Positions 61,364 through 64,000 of a stretch of 64,000 nt of DNA are shown here, piece by piece. Source of the stretch: Nitrospirota bacterium (GTDB lineage: Bacteria > Nitrospirota > UBA9217); contig CAWBNQ010000003.1 of NCBI GenBank assembly GCA_963790205.1, forward strand, positions 992,001 to 1,056,000. The letters are read 5' to 3'. The translations under genes were made by a program, and so were the position numbers. The notes under the pieces are model-generated. The model saw nothing but the letters and a program-made list of their open reading frames with translations. It was not told the DNA's origin and ran no database searches. Each line of letters opens with the position of its first letter. Position 1 is the first letter of the stretch.

Positions 61364-62545
61364 ATGAACATAGTGACGATCAACAGCGGATCATCCAGCA
61401 TTAAGTTCGCACTCTACGCCATGGGCGGCGACGAGACGCTGATACTGTCGGGAAGCATAGACGGCATCGGGCTCGCCAAGGGCCGCTTTTATGCCAAAGA
61501 CGGTTCGGCGAAAAGCGTGATCGATAGGGCGTTCGCTCCGCGCGATCACCGTGAGGCCCTGCGCGAAATTATCGATTGGCTCCCTCATGGTTCCTCGGGA
61601 AGCGTCGTGAGTGCCGTCGGTCACCGCCTGGTGCACGGAGGCAGTGCGTACGTCAGGCCTCATTTCATCAATCCCGCTCTTCTGTCGGCGCTTGATGCAC
61701 TCATTCCTTTTGCACCCGACCACCTGCCGCACGAGATCGATGCGATCAAGGTGTGCGAACTCTCCTACCCCGGCGTGAGGCAGGTAGCCTGCTTCGACAC
61801 CGCGTTCCACCGGACCATGCCCGAGGTGGCGCAGCGATATGCCCTTCCCGAAGAAGTGCAACGTCACGGCGTGCTGCGCTACGGCTTCCACGGGCTGTCC
61901 TACGAGTACATCCTCCAAGAACTGAAAAAATCGGCAGGACCGGAAGCGGCCGACGGAAGGGTGATCGTAGCCCATCTCGGCAACGGCGCGAGCATGGGGG
62001 CGTTCAGGAACGGGAAAAGCATGGATACGACCATGGGGTTCACGCCCGCGGGGGGGCTCGTGATGAGCACGCGCTCCGGCGACCTGGACCCCGGCGTGAT
62101 CGTGTACCTGCTCAAGGACAAAGGCATGGATGCCGCCTCGCTGAACCGGATGGTGAACAAAGAGTCAGGGCTCCTGGGGCTCTCGGGGAGAAGCGCCGAC
62201 ATGAAAGACCTGCTTGAGCAGGAAGCAGCGAATGCGCGTGCTGCCGCGGCAGTGGAGCTGTTCTGCTACCAGGCGAAGAAATTCCTCGGCGCCCTGGCCG
62301 CCGTGCTTGGCGGGCTCGACACGCTGGTCTTTACCGGCGGCATCGGCGAGAACGCCGCGGCGGTGCGGGAACGCATCTGCGAGGGGCTGGACTTTCTCGG
62401 GATTCGCATCGGCAAGGAGCGCAACCATCACAATGCGCCGGTCGTCTCCCGCGACAACGGCCCTGTTGTGGTCCGGGTGATGAAAACGAACGAGGAACTG
62501 ATGATCGCCCGGCATACGTATCGTCTGATCACTAATAATACCTGA
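61364..62545 (+). CDS. ackA: Acetate/propionate kinase
   Basis: [54 protein letters not shown]. Confidence 0.97.
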   Translation: MNIVTINSGSSSIKFALYAMGGDETLILSGSIDGIGLAKGRFYAKDGSAKSVIDRAFAPRDHREALREIIDWLPHGSSGSVVSAVGHRLVHGGSAYVRPHFINPALLSALDALIPFAPDHLPHEIDAIKVCELSYPGVRQVACFDTAFHRTMPEVAQRYALPEEVQRHGVLRYGFHGLSYEYILQELKKSAGPEAADGRVIVAHLGNGASMGAFRNGKSMDTTMGFTPAGGLVMSTRSGDLDPGVIVYLLKDKGMDAASLNRMVNKESGLLGLSGRSADMKDLLEQEAANARAAAAVELFCYQAKKFLGALAAVLGGLDTLVFTGGIGENAAAVRERICEGLDFLGIRIGKERNHHNAPVVSRDNGPVVVRVMKTNEELMIARHTYRLITNNT

Positions 62546-62556
62546 CAGGAGGCCTT

Positions 62557-64000
62557 ATGACCGAAACACTCTCCGATGAAAAACTCGAAGCCATGCATGC
62601 CTACTGGCGCGCGGCGAATTATCTCTCCGTGGGCCAGATCTATCTCTACGACAATCCGCTGCTCAAAGAGCCGTTGAAGCGGGAGCACATCAAGCCGCGG
62701 CTTTTGGGGCACTGGGGCACGACGCCGGGGCTGAATTTTTTATACGTCCATCTCAACCGTGTTATCGTGTCCCGGGACCTTAATGTCATCTTCATTTGCG
62801 GTCCGGGCCATGGAGGCCCGGGCCTGGTGGCGAACACCTACCTGGAAGGAACGTACTGCGAATTCTACCCCCACATCACCCGGGACGCCGATGGTATGCG
62901 GAAGCTTTTCAAGCAGTTTTCATTCCCCGGCGGCATCCCGAGCCACGCGGCCCCGGAGACACCCGGCTCCATTCACGAGGGAGGCGAGTTGGGGTATTCG
63001 CTGTCGCACGCCTATGGCGCCGTTTTCGACAACCCTGACCTGATCGCGGCCTGCGTCGTGGGCGACGGCGAGGCTGAAACGGGACCGCTTGCAACGGCGT
63101 GGCACTCCAACAAGTTCCTGAATCCGGCCACTGACGGCGCCGTGCTCCCGATCCTGCACCTGAACGGCTACAAGATCGCTAATCCCACGGTGCTGGCGCG
63201 GATCAGCCGCGAAGAACTGGAGAGCCTTTTCATCGGCTACGGATACCGGCCCTACGTCGTCGAAGGAGACGATCCAGCCGTCATGCACCGGAAGATGGCC
63301 GGGACACTGGATGCCGTGATCACCGAAATCCGGTCCATCCAGAGCGAGGCCCGCAGCAACGGGACCTTGAAACGTCCCCAATGGCCGATGATCATCCTGC
63401 GGACGCCCAAGGGCTGGACGGGACCGAAGGAGGTCGACGGGAAGAAAACGGAGGGGTTCTGGCGGTCTCACCAGGTCCCCATCGCGGAGATGGACACGAA
63501 GCCGGAACACGTGAAGCTGCTGGAAGTCTGGATGAAGAGCTATAAGCCGGAGGAGCTCTTTGACGAGAACGGGAAGCTGGTTCCCAAGCTCGCTGAACTC
63601 GCACCCGCGGGCGATCGCCGTATGAGCGCCAACCCCCACGCGAACGGCGGCCTGCTCTTGAAAGAGCTGAGAATGCCCGAGTTCAGGGATTACGCCGTGG
63701 ACGTGCCCGGACCGGGCGAGGTCACGGCAGAGGCCACGAAGGTCATGGGCGCGTTTCTGCGGGACATCATGAAGCTCAACAAAGAGAGCAGGAACTTCCG
63801 GGTAATGGGCCCGGATGAAACGGCCTCGAACCGGCTCAGTGCGCTCTTTGAAGTGACGGACAGGGCCTGGATGGCGGAGACGATACCGGAAGATGAGAAT
63901 CTTTCACCCGACGGCCGGGTCATGGAGATCCTGAGCGAACACACGTGCCAGGGCTGGCTCGAAGGGTATCTTCTGACCGGAAGGCACGGGTTCTTCTCAT
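62557..64000 (+). CDS. xfp: Xylulose-5-P/fructose-6-P phosphoketolase, 3'-partial (absent from the ORF track)
   Basis: [73 protein letters not shown]. Confidence 0.97.
   Translation, partial: MTETLSDEKLEAMHAYWRAANYLSVGQIYLYDNPLLKEPLKREHIKPRLLGHWGTTPGLNFLYVHLNRVIVSRDLNVIFICGPGHGGPGLVANTYLEGTYCEFYPHITRDADGMRKLFKQFSFPGGIPSHAAPETPGSIHEGGELGYSLSHAYGAVFDNPDLIAACVVGDGEAETGPLATAWHSNKFLNPATDGAVLPILHLNGYKIANPTVLARISREELESLFIGYGYRPYVVEGDDPAVMHRKMAGTLDAVITEIRSIQSEARSNGTLKRPQWPMIILRTPKGWTGPKEVDGKKTEGFWRSHQVPIAEMDTKPEHVKLLEVWMKSYKPEELFDENGKLVPKLAELAPAGDRRMSANPHANGGLLLKELRMPEFRDYAVDVPGPGEVTAEATKVMGAFLRDIMKLNKESRNFRVMGPDETASNRLSALFEVTDRAWMAETIPEDENLSPDGRVMEILSEHTCQGWLEGYLLTGRHGFFS

Noticed and set aside
1..64000. 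rRNA, tRNA (including tRNA-Sec) or known riboswitches
   Set aside because: None recognised by eye; a covariance-model search would be needed to exclude them

Overview
A 64-kb bacterial window in which essentially every gene is on the + strand; the exception is one IS630 element. Gene content and GC suggest an anaerobic or microaerophilic Nitrospirota/Desulfobacterota-like organism (inference only). The first ~44 kb is a patchwork metal/metalloid and stress island. It holds an extended arsenic operon (DUF318 permease, small thioredoxin, ArsR, Acr3, exported thioredoxin, metallophosphoesterase, CcdA, FmdE-like), TSUP plus RND efflux, an octaheme tetrathionate-reductase-family cytochrome with a cytochrome b, CDF transporters, a minimal SufC/SufB pair, USPs, P-type ATPases, a LolA-like/ABC/outer-membrane cassette, a DUF134/NifX-like cluster, IS630 and several frameshifted or truncated genes. 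After it come a Rieske/cytochrome b complex flanked by two pentaheme cytochromes, a glycogen/oxidative pentose phosphate/phosphoketolase block (pgm, glgP, gnd, zwf, ackA, xfp) and a cytochrome c-fused bd-like oxidase pair. The best hidden signal is an ORF missed by the track at 3665-3889, inside the arsenic operon. It has an in-frame TGA at a position where Cys is expected, followed by a SECIS-like hairpin, so it is a probable selenoprotein. All calls come from motif recognition by eye; no database searches were run.
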